Source: Octopus vulgaris
Taxonomy: Eukaryota
Direction: 5' to 3'
Length of the DNA: 64,000 nucleotides
Assembly (NCBI GenBank): GCA_951406725.2
Contig: OX597817.1
Coordinates: 97,774,001 to 97,838,000, forward strand
Shown: one piece after another, positions 25,296 through 37,112 of the stretch
How positions within the stretch are numbered: the first letter of the stretch is position 1
Layout: the number at the start of each line of letters is the position of its first letter
Notes under the pieces: model-generated
The model's database searches: none
Told to the model about the DNA's origin: nothing
What the model saw: the letters and a program-made list of their open reading frames with translations, nothing else
Program-made: the position numbers and the translations under genes

Positions 25296-25540
25296 TGTGG
25301 TGTCGGTGGAGAGGACGACAGATAGGGGAGGGCGGAAGTAGGGCTTGCAGGGCGCATGCGCGGCAGGAAGCGGAAGCGGTGAGGGACGACGCACGTGGGG
25401 CATCAACGAAGCCGGGGCAGTTGGAGCTGAGACGCGGAAGCGACTGGACGCTGAGTTTGGTAGACTAATCTTCGCCGAGGTAAGACCTAATTATATTTCC
25501 TTTCTCCTTTTCTGTTGTCCTCTTCATCATTCACACCACA
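25296..25540 (+). repeat. 3' LTR
   Basis: TGTGGTG...CACCACA, a direct repeat of the 5' LTR. Confidence 0.95.
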
Positions 25541-26316
25541 CATTGTTGTACTTTTTTAAATCTATTTAGTACACACTTATAATCAGATTTCCATAAAACC
25601 TGCTGATGTTTCTAAAACAGTCACAATTACTCAGCTTTTCATACAATGTAAGGGATCAAATATTAACATATTGTGGATCCTTTTTGAATTTCTTCAAATG
25701 TCTTTTGGTGTTTGAAATCCAAAAATTTAGCGAGGAAGTCACTTGTGGTTTTGACTTTAGTTTTTTTTTTTTTGCCTGCAGCAACTTTCTGATTACTAGT
25801 CCTAAGCAAAAACAGCATGAACAGCACTTTTTACTAGATTGTCATAGGTGGGTGTAATCCCAGTAAATGTCCTTTTTGGCCTTTCTTCTATTACATTTTT
25901 GGGACATATTGATAAAGATAGGATTCTTCTGTTAAAGGAAGAAGTATATGGCATTACAAATATTCCTGTTCATCCAGCTGTGAGAATTTCTCAATCTCAT
26001 TAACTTCTATAGAAGAACCATTTCTCCTTTCTTTGTCTTCATCGTAACGAGTACTCAGAAAGGGGTGGACTTTCACTTGTCATTGACACATTGCATGACG
26101 CGGAAGCAGCTACGTTGACCAATGATATCGATATACAAGTATCCCATTTAGAGGAAGAAAAGTTGATTATGACAAAGCTTTTATTCAATGAACAGAGTTT
26201 CTATTAAGCTAACCCTCAAAGAACAGATCTAGGATAAAAAGTATCCCATTTCATCATTTAAATTTTTTAGGTATCATATAACAAATGCAATGTAATATTT
26301 TTAGATATATTTTAAA

Positions 26317-26702
26317 CTAGCAGTATCACCCGGCGTTGCTTGGGTTTGTTTCGACCCTTTAGAATTGGAATTTTTGAAAAGTAAAAATTTTGCATTATGT
26401 AGCTTGTTATTCTCTTTAAGTGAACATTTTTCTTATTGAAATACACCGAAAAATGGCGACACAGCAGTCAAAAAATCGTAAAAAATAGGGTTTTTCATAG
26501 AAAAAAAAAGCACCTTTTTGATGTAAATAATTTTTGGTGTTAACACGGTCCGATTTGAATTTTCTCTTCTACGGAATGAAGAGCAAGCCTTCTTTTATCA
26601 TACTTTCAATTTTGGTCAACTTGCGCCGCAGGGTCTCGGAGGAGATAGTGTTAGTTGAAGGCTACCAAACCTGCCATACACAGACAATTTCAGCTTTATA
26701 TA
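26317..26702 (-). mobile_element. Non-autonomous Helitron (5' end degenerate)
   Basis: 3' end CTAGCAGTATCACCCGGCGTTGCT is nearly identical to that of the 9024 element. Confidence 0.75.
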
Positions 26703-29319
26703 GGGTGTGATTTAAGGAAAAGGAGACTGCTATTTTTAGCACGTCTGGTGATCGCTCATATCCTCATCCTTTGACTTACGTTTGTGTTGTATTCACTTTA
26801 TAAAAACTTACTGTTAAGAGTACAGTTTGAGTCATGGTTACATTATTAAAGATCTTTGAATCAATCACAAGAGGAACAGCCTGCTTTAATTTGTTTTCGG
26901 TATTTTTTTAGTTTATGATCACAAAGTGGAAAATTATCCCAAACGTTGAAATTTTGGATAAGAACAAAAAAAAAAAAAAAAAATCAGAGTTGTAATCTCC
27001 GTATTTTTAAAAGCGGGGTGGTGTCTAAAATATTTCCGAAAAAGAGTTAAAAGCAAAAATTTGTGGAGATGGGATGGAATGAAAAGTTTGAATAGCAGTT
27101 TTTTTTTGTTTTTTTTGGGGGGGTACCATTCAACACGTCCACCTAGACATTACCAAATAGTATCTATATTTCCACTTCCTATTTGTGATAGCAAACCAAA
27201 AGAATAAAAGCGTACCAGACAGTTGACTATCTGAATTGATAAAATCAGTCGAAGATTCCTGAGTTTCATCTCACCACATCCTATTCTACTAAGCAGTGCA
27301 CTGAATAACCTTGGTTTACTTTACCTAGTAGTCGAGAAACAAGGCAATATGAAACGAAGACTGATTTATTGGTGGAAAAGCGACAATCTGGATGTCTAAT
27401 GTGTCTGGTTTCGAATCCAAATACAAGAACAATGTTTGGAATATTATTAACATTTGTTCCATTATTTTTTTCGTTAATTGATAATTATAGTTCTATATTT
27501 TATAACTTCTTTCATATATTTTATAAAATTCTTAAGTTTAGTGATATTTTTCAAATATCAAGAATAATTAAATGTCGATGTTTTCTTTGTTTTTTGTTTT
27601 TTTTATTCTTTTCCATTGAAACATCCACGAATTCAACTTTTTCGTGTCGTTTCTTGTTAATTTTTTCCATTCCTGTTTTTGAATGTCTTATTCAGTTATG
27701 ATTGAATATGGCCGACAAATGCTTTTGAGAAGTACATATTGGGGAAAATGGTTCAGCTTTCTGATTCATTAGAACGGGTAAGTCATTTGTTTGCAGTGAA
27801 CTTACTACTAGAGGTACAAACTCAGGAAATGCTGCATTAATCGCTGCGCATATTTGGTTGCATTATATCTATAACTATTTAAATGTGATGTATAAAACAA
27901 CACAGATGTCTCCAGCAAACCTCTTTTTTTTTTCTCTATCTGTCGTTTTATTTCTATGTGAGTGTCTATCTGTACCCATATCATGTTTAACACAGCCAAG
28001 CAGACGAATTCTGTTACTTCCATTTTGTTATTGTTGACATTATCTTTCCTCTTCTTGCACATCTTAATTGACAAAGATTGTATCAAAACATGTCCTTAAC
28101 ATTTATGCTATGATTAGTATACAAGCCATCTACTTCGAGAACAACAACTAAAAAAAAACGCGAGATAGTTGCTACTTTATAACATATACTGAAGTATTGA
28201 ACAACTGAAAAGCCCATTAGCTAAAAAAATCTTCATGGGAAAATTTTTAAAATACCTGCTAATATTTTGTGATATTCAAATCACTAAATAGCAATAAACA
28301 ACATCAACAATGGTTTCAGATTTTAGCACAGGGCCAGCAATTTTAGTGGGAAGATATTAGTCGATTACATCGACCCTAGTACCTGGTTGGTATCGTCCCC
28401 GAAAGAATCATTAATAATGATTGTTATTTCTGATTGATCTCAAGGCTCACATCTGTTCCTATCGTTAGTATTGAAGTCTCATTCAACCTTTATTCATGCA
28501 TATCATTTTTTGTTGAAAATGTTCATGTTAGGTGTATATGTGAGAGTCTGGAGAAAGCGGTTTGTAAATAACAGGAAAAGAAAGCAGTCAGTTTGATTGT
28601 TCTTTTCCTTTCTTTATTTGCAATCTGAAAGTAAATTGATAAAACAATACACGAGTTGGGAAAGATTTCCAGCTAAGGTATTCTTTATTATCGTTCATCG
28701 ATACATACAAAGAAACAAAACAAAGACACATCTACGCTCGACAATTGTTAATTATGTCTCTTCCTGAGACTGAGAATTAAAGATTTCAAATGCATATTCT
28801 ACTCCAATTCTCTCGCTCTCTCTCTCACTAAGAATACTTTATTCTAGACTTCAATTAAAAATTGGAACTCTATATTTTTTTTACCATTGATCAGTATTCA
28901 CTGGGAATGTTTAATGCTCCCCTAATGTGGAAGAGTTATTTTAAAAGTAGGTCACGACGGAATTAGGCAATTGGATGTGAAAATTCCGTGACTAGACACA
29001 GACTTTAATCATATTTGAACTTCTTTTCTTTTCGTTTCAAGATTTCACCATATCAACTGATGCAAATTTTTGCAGTTTTTTACTAAATGCTTTTTTTTTC
29101 AAACTTTTCTGATATTCTTGTCTCGTGTTTCTAAAATAATCAATTTTAAACCTAATTGTCGGAATTAATACATGTGTACGTGTTATGTAAGATCTCTCTT
29201 TCTCTTCCCACTCGATATATATATGTGTGAGAGTTAGTGTATATGTATATATATAAATATATATGTATGTATATATGTGTTTGTGAGTATATGTATGTGT
29301 GTGTGTGAGTGTGTATATA

Positions 29320-30576
29320 TCAGGCTGAGTAAAAAGTAAGCAACGTTTTGAAACATGTAATTCATCACATTATATTTCAACAATGCGGAAATTTTATTCA
29401 CCAAAGTAAGTACCATTACAATCAGCACATTTTTGCCAATGAGTTACAAGTTTGTTTATTCTGGTAACATAAAAATCTGGAGTTCTGGAGGTGATGAACT
29501 CTCTTAATGGACTTTCAGCATCAGTTTAATTTTTGAACTTCTGTCACAGGAAACCATCAATGTACTTTAAAAAGTGGTGGTCGGTAGGAGAAATAAATGT
29601 GTGGGGAATAAGCTGGATGGAGAACTTCGTAGCCAAGTTCCCCCAACTTCTGGAGCGTCATTAGGGAAACGTGTGGTCGAGCATTATGATGAAGAATGAT
29701 TGGCCCTCTTCTGTTGACTAGTCTGGGACGGAGGAGTAGCAGTTTTTCGTTGATTTTGGCAATTTCATGGCAATATGTTGCTGCAGTAATGGTTTTTCTA
29801 GGTTTTAAGAAGTTATAGTGGATGAGTCCAGCAGTACTCCATCAAAAAGTCACCATAACCTTCTTTTTGAAGAACTCAAGTTTAGGGAGAATTCATGGTG
29901 CTTCATTTTGATCCAACTACTGTGAAGAACGTTTTTTACTATTGTACAGAATCCACTTTTCAACACAAGTTATGATACAGTCAAGAAATGGATCGGTCTG
30001 GTTATGGAGAAGAAATGACAAGCAAATTTCATATATGCACATTTTCTGATTTTCATTCAAATTGTGTGCTACCCATTTGTCAAGCTTTTTTGAATTTCCA
30101 ATCACATGCAAATGGTTGCAGACAGTTTTCTGGCTAACTTGAAGTTCTTTTGCCATTCTCAAGTAGTTTTATGTGGATCTTCCTCAATGATGGTCTTTAA
30201 TTGACCGTCATCAATGACAGATGGGTGTCTACTATGCTCATGATCTTCAAGGCTCAGGTCTCCACTGTGAAATCGTTTAAACCATTTTCAAGCTGACCAC
30301 CCTCTGGTTTTTCCTCACCAAACGTTTCACTGATATCACAAGCAGTTTCAGCTGCCTTACGTTCCATTTTTGAAGTTGAATAGCAAAATTGCTCAGCTAT
30401 AACACTTTGACATTTCAATTTCAGATGATTGTAACAATGGTGAAAAAATATCAATGTTAATTTATTGATGCATTTGGGCAAGTCTTTGTATTATCAGATA
30501 TTTTCAAAAAAATGTTTGAAAAATTTCAAAATTCTCCAAAAATCTCAAAACGTTGCTTACTTTTTACTCAACCTTA
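29320..30576 (-). mobile_element. mariner DNA transposon, full length, pseudogenised
   Basis: TIRs TCAGGCTGAGTAAAAAGTAAGCAACGTTTTGA / TCAAAACGTTGCTTACTTTTTACTCAACCTTA with TA flanks. Peptides KLDKWVAHNL and FLDCIITCVEKWILYN. Confidence 0.9.
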
Positions 30577-30582
30577 TATATC

Positions 30583-30660
<78 letters not shown>

Positions 30661-30663
30661 TAT

Positions 30664-31040
30664 GTCAGGTCACTTTCGAGTGCTACTGGTAACATGTAAC
30701 CCAGTACAATCTGTTGCATGGTCGGGTCATCGGCGACTAAACTGGCAACCCTACCAAGATTGCTTGGTGAGGAGGGTGTTTATTGGACACCCTGCGGGAT
30801 GAAAAACAAAACCCGTCAAGGGCGGAGGAACTCTTGAGAGTCAATGGCCATCCAATAAATGTCTTAGGGCTGTATCATGCGAGGACCTAGAAATACCTGG
30901 TATGGTGCCCAGGCATGCAGAAAGCCTACCAGGGTGGATCAAACCCTTTAGTGTTGATTCTCACAACTAATCTAGGAGACAGAACAAGGAAAATCCTGCG
31001 ATCGTTTTATCATCTGACATGTGGCACACCGTGCACCTGT
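30664..31040 (+). mobile_element. Probable RTE-type 5' UTR fragment with an HDV-ribozyme-like start
   Basis: GC-richer structured stretch with partial nested pairings at 30664-30746. The family assignment is an inference. Confidence 0.35.
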
Positions 31041-31041
31041 A

Positions 31042-34000
31042 CATCATCATCATTTAACGTCCGCTTTCCATGCTAGCATGGGTTGGACAGTTCAACTGGG
31101 GTCTGTGAAGCCAGAAGGCTGCTTCAGGCCCAGTCTGATCTGGCAGTGTTTCTACGGCTGGATGCCCTTCCTAACGCCAACCACTCCGTGAGCGTAGTGG
31201 GTGCTTTTTACGTGCCACCCGCACAGGTGCCAAACAGAGCTGGCAGACGGCCACGGACGGATGGTGCTTTTACGTGCCACCGGCACAGGGGCCAGGTGAG
31301 GCTGGCAACGGCCACGATCGGATGGTTCGCTTACTTGTCACCGGCACTGGTATCACAGCTGCAATTTCCATTGATGTTGATCGGCTTCGATTTTGGTTCT
31401 GCTTTCTGATATCTGATTTGATTTTGATTTTGATTTTTGATTTTCACTTGCCTCAACGGGTTTTCACAAGTGGAGTTTTGTGTCCCAAGAAGAAAAGGTA
31501 TGTATAAGTCGACTGGCTACTTTAGTTCTGCTTTCTGATATCTGGTTTGATTTGGTTTAAATTTGATTTTGATTTTGATTTTTGATTTTCACTTGCCTCA
31601 ACGGGTCTTCACAAGTGGAGTTTTGTGTCCCAAGAAGGAAAGGTATGTATAAGTCGACTGGCTACATACCAGGTAGAGGCCACGGGTTATGGTCTCACTA
31701 GTCTTGCTGGGTCTTCTCACGCACAGCATACTTCCATAGGTCTCGATCTCTAGTCATTTCCTTAGTGAGACCTAAAGTTCGAAGGTCGTGCTTCACCACC
31801 TCGTCCCAGGTTTTCCTGGGTCTACCTCTTCCACAGGTTCCCTCAACTGCTAGGGTGTGGCACTTTGCACACAACTATCTTCAGCCATTCTCGTCACATG
31901 CCCATACCAGCGCAAACGTCTCTCTTGCACACCACAACTGATGCTTCTTAGGTCCAACTTTTCTCTCAAGGTACTTACACTCTGTCGATTATGAACACTG
32001 ACATTACACATCCATCGGAGCATACTGGCTTCATTTCTTGCGAGCTTACGCATATCCTCAGCAGTCACAGCCCATGTTTCACTACCATGTAGCATGGCTG
32101 TACGTACACATGCATCATACAGCCTGCCTTTTACTCTGAGCGAGAGGCCTTTTGTCACCAGCAGGAGTAAGAGCTCTCTAAACTTTGCCCGGGCTATTCT
32201 TACTCTAGCGGTTACACTTTCAACACACCCACCCCCGCTACTGACTTGGTCACCTAGGTAGTGGAAGCTATCAACTACTTCTAGTTTTTCTCCCTGGAAC
32301 GTGGTAGAAGTTGGTCTCTGCACATTTTCAGTGTTTATTGCTCCTGAGCATCTGCCACAGACAAAAACTATTTTCCTAGTTAGCCTTCCTTTGACATTGC
32401 TGCACCTCTTATGTGTCCATAGCTTACACTGGGTACATCTTATAGAGTTTCTACCTACACCTTTTTTACAGATCGAGCAGGGCCATCTACCTGAAGGCGT
32501 TTGTGATTGGTCTACCTTCCTACTTATTAGGACTTTGGTTTTAGCTAGGTTGATTCTAAGGCCCTTCGATTCTAATCCTTGCTTCCACACCTGAAACTTC
32601 TCCTCCAGTTCTGATAGTGACTCAGCAATTAGAGCAAGGTCATTAGCATAGAGGAGCTCCCAAGGGCATCCTGTCTTGAATTCCTCCGTTATTGCCTGGA
32701 GGACTATGATAAAAAGGAGGGGACTGAGGACTGAACCTTGGTGGACCCCAACCTCTACCCGGAATTCTTCACTGTACTCGTTGCCAACCCTCACCTTACT
32801 AGCAGTGTCTCTGTACATGGCTTGCACAGCTCTCACTAACCATTCATCTATCCCTAGTTTCCTCATTGACCACCAGATAAGGGATCGGGGGACCCTGTCG
32901 AAGGCTTTCTCCATGTCAACAAAAGCCAGGTACAGGGGCTTATCTTTGGCTAGGTATTTCTCCTGCAGCTGTCTTACCAGGAATATAGCATCAGTAGTAC
33001 TTTTCCCTGGCACGAACCCAAACTGCATCTCATCTAAGCTAACTCTCTAATTTGTTGGGCTATAACCCTCTCCGTAACTTTCATTACCTGATCCAGCAGC
33101 TTGATACCCCTGTAGTTATTTGTATCTAGGGCGTCACCTTTACCTTTGTAGCAGTTGACTATTATGCTGCTACACCAGTCATTGGGTATGACTCCTTCGT
33201 GTATCACCTGGTTAACTATACGAGTGACTAGGCTATAGCCGACACTACCAGATATTTTGAGCATCTCTGCAGTGAGTCCTGATGGGCCTAGGGCTTTCCC
33301 TGTTTTCATGCTTGTAATTGCCTTAACTACTAAGGAACTGTCAACTCGGATTGCTGGTCCCTCTGTTGGGTCTACATTCGGCAGACTCTCTTTATCCCAT
33401 TCATTTTCCTCATTCAGCAACATTTCATAGTGGCGTCTCCATACCTCTCTCTTTGCATCCTCATTTAGCGCAAGTGAACCGTCATCCTTGCGAACACATT
33501 TCTCTCCTACCACGTCATGATTCTCTCTCACACACTGTCTTGCAACACGAAATACCCCAAGTCTTTCATCCTCACGGCAGAGAACATTGGCATTTTTTTC
33601 CTATCTGCTTCCCCTCTGGCTAAATACACCTGCCTCCTAGCTTCCCTTCTGGCAGTCTGATACACTTCCCTGCTACCACCGTTCTTCCAGTCCTTCCAAG
33701 CCTGTTTCTTTTGTCTAATAGCCCTGTCAACAATATTGTTCCACCACCACATTATTTTGGGTCTTCTCCATGTTGGTCGTCCTCTTAGTCCTGATCCTAA
33801 AGTCACTAACTACCAGTCTATGTTGTGGAGTACATTCTTCGCCTGGGAAGGTTTTGGCATTTATAAGCAGCCATCTTTCCCTTTTTCTGGCAAGGATGTA
33901 GTCGATTTGGCTAGTATGCCGGCCCGATTGGTAGGTGACCAGGTGGTTTGTCGGTTTCCTGACGTTAGTGTTGCAAACCATAAGACTATTCACATCGCAG

Positions 34001-34370
34001 AACTCCAGCAGCCTGGTTCCCTCCTCGTTGCGGGAACCATAACCGTAGCCATCATGTACGCCATGGAAGCCCCCAGCATGTCGTCCAACATGCCCATTGA
34101 AGTCACCAGCCACAAAGAGAAGGTCCCTGTCGTTCGTCAATGAGGTAGTCTGCAGTAGGGTGTCATAGAAATGGTCTTTGTGTCCATCGGGTAGCCCTGG
34201 CTGAGGGGCATAGGCCGATATAATAGTTGCTAGTCTATGATGGAGCACTAATCTAATCTTAAGTATTCTGTCACATACTCTGACTACCTCGATTACTTTA
34301 TATACCCAATTTTCGGCGATAAGTATACCCACACTCCCGACCCCGTCAGTATTCCCAAACCAGAAAATCC
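31042..34370 (-). mobile_element. RTE-clade LINE, 5'-truncated, (GAT)n tail
   Basis: APE (ISAYAPQ, GDFNGHVG, SQIDYIL, QHRLVV) and RT (QFGFVPG, DMEKAFDRV, HQGSVLSP, LYAND). Minus-strand tail GCGGACGTTAAATGATGATGATG. Confidence 0.92.
31397..31664. repeat. Tandem duplication (~125-135 bp unit) in the RTE 3' UTR
   Basis: TTCTGCTTTCTGATATCTG...AAGTCGACTGGCTAC occurs at ~31397-31520 and ~31526-31664. Confidence 0.85.
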
Positions 34371-34726
34371 TGTACCTCTGTCAAAGTGCCGGTTGTTCAG
34401 TAAACCATTTTCACTCAATAACACCTGAGGTTTGGCGCATCGATGTGTGGTTTTTTTGTTTTTTTTTAAGATACACATATGGTGTCACAGGGCTTAGGAG
34501 TTGTTGAAGGTTATTTACTGACCCCTCATTCATTGTGTTCGATGAGAGAATCCACCATACACACACGAACTTCTGTATTTTGAGTATTTCCCCTCATTTA
34601 TAAATATTCACAATTATGTGTGTGTGCATGTTTATGTATGTATATGTCTGTTATGTGTCAGCTGCAACTGCTTAAATTGTAACTGAATTTCATGTTTCCA
34701 GTTATTTTAACAGACACATGCATGTC

Positions 34727-34761
<35 letters not shown>

Positions 34762-35099
34762 TTAGAAGGTTGTCATGGCCAGTCAGAGAGTGACCATTGG
34801 CTTCATACCTATAAGGTGCTTAGCTTTATAGGCGACTTATCAGGCTCAAATAGACAGAGGCACATAACCACTCCACAACTGGAGGGAGAAAAATGTCATG
34901 GTCAGTTTATTTAGTAAACAAACAAATTCTGGGACAAAACTTTACCAGCAAAGCCTCGGGTGAGGTGGAGTTATCCCTCTTAGACTAGTACTGGTTATGT
35001 TCATGATAGTCCTGCTGGAGGTGCCTGAGGCTGCTTGCATTTCCTTATTAGCAAAAGGTGAATTCCAATGTTTTCAACACAAATCTCTCCTGATAAGGA

Positions 35100-36690
35100 C
35101 ACTGACTAAACATTTCTATTTTGGAGTTTAAAAAGAACTCCAGGTCATGTGAGGTTTTTAATATTCTTGCTCTTTTGACCAATCAAAGCTTACATCATTT
35201 GTTCTTGTTGATGTATGGCCATTCCCAGAACAGTTTCAGTATTTTTCTAGTGCTCTTTAGTATAGCCTGATTTCTAGGTAGCTGATAACTAGATTCACAA
35301 ATGAGAGAGGTTTTTGTTCCCATCACAATCCTACATTTCTGTCTAAAAAATTGTAATTGAATATGAAATAATTATTCTCTAGGATAAATTTTAGCCCTCG
35401 TATTATAAATACTAGTTCACTAGTATAATTATCCCCACCGGAGTTTAATGGCCTAAGTTGTGGGAGATGTTTGAAAGATACTATTAAAGTTTTCTCATTG
35501 ACTTTTTTTGGAAGATGGTTGAGCATGTCTAAGTCATCTCTTATGAAACTTCTAATGGCTTGAGCAAGATATCCAAAAAATTACTCAGGCAATAAGTTTT
35601 GCAAACAGGACCAGTTATTATTAGTCTTAATTTCAGATTGTTAGGTGAGGGGACATTAAAGTGTATGTCAGTGGTTCCTTTGCATGCCTCTCTTATTTTT
35701 TCATTATTGTGTACCTGTGGTATGCCATAGAACAGACTAGATCAACATTAGAAATTGGTTATATAATTGTATTCCTTATCAGTGAGTCTTTTTCAATATA
35801 AGCTTATTAATGTTCTAATGTGCCTCATTATTTTTTGTTGGGCCTTTTTGTAGTAATGCATCATCTTCTAATATGGTTAACACAAGATTTTTATCATCCT
35901 ATTTAATTGTTATTTCTTTATCATCTTTTAATTTGTTTAGCTCATTACATTCACTCTTACTGAAGTTTGGTTGTGTTTTTGCTTGTGTGCGTTGATATAG
36001 GTGATTCAAAATGTATCCACAGAAATTGTCAAGGATTTTGTTTTTACCTCTTGGTGTGATAAAGTTACGGTTGTTTCTTACTATTCACTCATCGTCACTG
36101 TTTTTGTCATACAGTTCCTTGGTGAGTCTTAATTTTCTACAGAATTCAGAAATGTCATCTTTCATTTCATTATAGTTGGGTCATTGTGAATTTGAGCCCT
36201 TTAAAGAGTATGCTACTTTGTTGTGTTGTTAATTCTTTGCTTGATAAATTAATGATTTTAAATATTTTTGGCCTATCTTGAATTTCTGTGGATGGGGTCT
36301 AAAAAATGGTTAACGTAGCCAGTTTGGTTGATGTGATTAATGTGTCTCTTATTGTAATTTATGGCATGGATTTGTGGTATAGGATTGTTCTGTGAGTCTG
36401 AATTTTACATTCCATTGGTGTGTTTTGGGGAGAGTTTGTTGGTATGAATGGCATAGGTTTGTTGTAAAAGATTGTACAGCAATTTTTTTTTAAATATAAG
36501 TTCTGATGGTATGTATCCTGATAATTTCATTAATTGTTTCTCCTTATGGGAAGGAAGTTGTAATGTCAACTTTGAGAGCGCCTTTCTTTCCCTAAGCTGG
36601 TTTTGTGCTTCTGGTTTTTCTAGGATAGGTTTTATTTGGTGCTTGTGGGGTAGAATTATTGGTGTTGAGTTGACCCATTTTTCATATATA
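35100..36690 (-). mobile_element. Penelope-like element, old decayed RT region
   Basis: Fragments IINLSSKELT..KG.KF, ISEFCRKLRL, YGIPQVH and VMGTK..NLVISYLEIRLY are typical of Penelope-like RTs. Confidence 0.6.
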
Positions 36691-36816
36691 TAGGGTGGCC
36701 CAAAAGAAGGTTTACAGTTATTCAACTATCTCTTTCACAGTTCTATATTTAAGAGATGAAAAATTATGTACATTATTTACATTTGATGGATATTTGTCCT
36801 CATCTTGTTTGTTGTT

Positions 36817-36862
36817 AACACAACGTTTTGGCTGATATACCCTCCAGCCTCCATCAGGTGTC
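36817..36862 (-). ncRNA. Minimal type I hammerhead ribozyme (mutated copy)
   Basis: Minus strand reads GACAC-CTGATGG-A-GGCTG-gagggtatat-CAGCC-AAAAC-GTT-GTGTT. Stems I and II are intact, with two core substitutions. Confidence 0.7.
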
Positions 36863-37066
36863 TTGAGGAAATTTCGTACCTGGGTTCTCATTCCTAAGGT
36901 ATTTTTCGATGCTATTATTATTATTATTCAGCATATGGCATAGTGGTTAAGAATGTGGGCTAATAACCTCAAGATTCCGAGTTCGATTCCAAGCAGTGAC
37001 CTGAATAATAATAATAACATCAAAAAATAACTTAGGAATGAGAACCTAGGTTCGAAATTTCCCCAA

Positions 37067-37112
37067 GACACCAGATGTAGGCTAGAGGGTATATCAACTG
37101 AAACGTTGTGTT
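37067..37112 (+). ncRNA. Minimal type I hammerhead ribozyme (degenerate copy)
   Basis: GACAC-CAGATGT-A-GGCTA...CAACT-GAAAC-GTT-GTGTT. Confidence 0.6.

Larger units (their letters stand above)
21156..25540 (+). mobile_element. Ty3/Gypsy-type LTR retrotransposon, full length, decayed pol
   Basis: 245-bp LTRs with 4 visible differences, 5-bp TSD CATTG (21151-21155, 25541-25545), gag-PR-RT-RH-IN order, and purine tract AGGGGGCG before the 3' LTR. Confidence 0.95.

Noticed and set aside
27748-27783. Micro-exon MVQLSDSLER with GTAAGT donor as a host CDS
   Set aside because: Too short, with no recognisable homology or downstream exon; kept only as a hypothesis.
31036-34375. CCTGTAC as the RTE target-site duplication
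   Set aside because: Only 7 bp, and the right copy may be RTE coding sequence (YRIFW).
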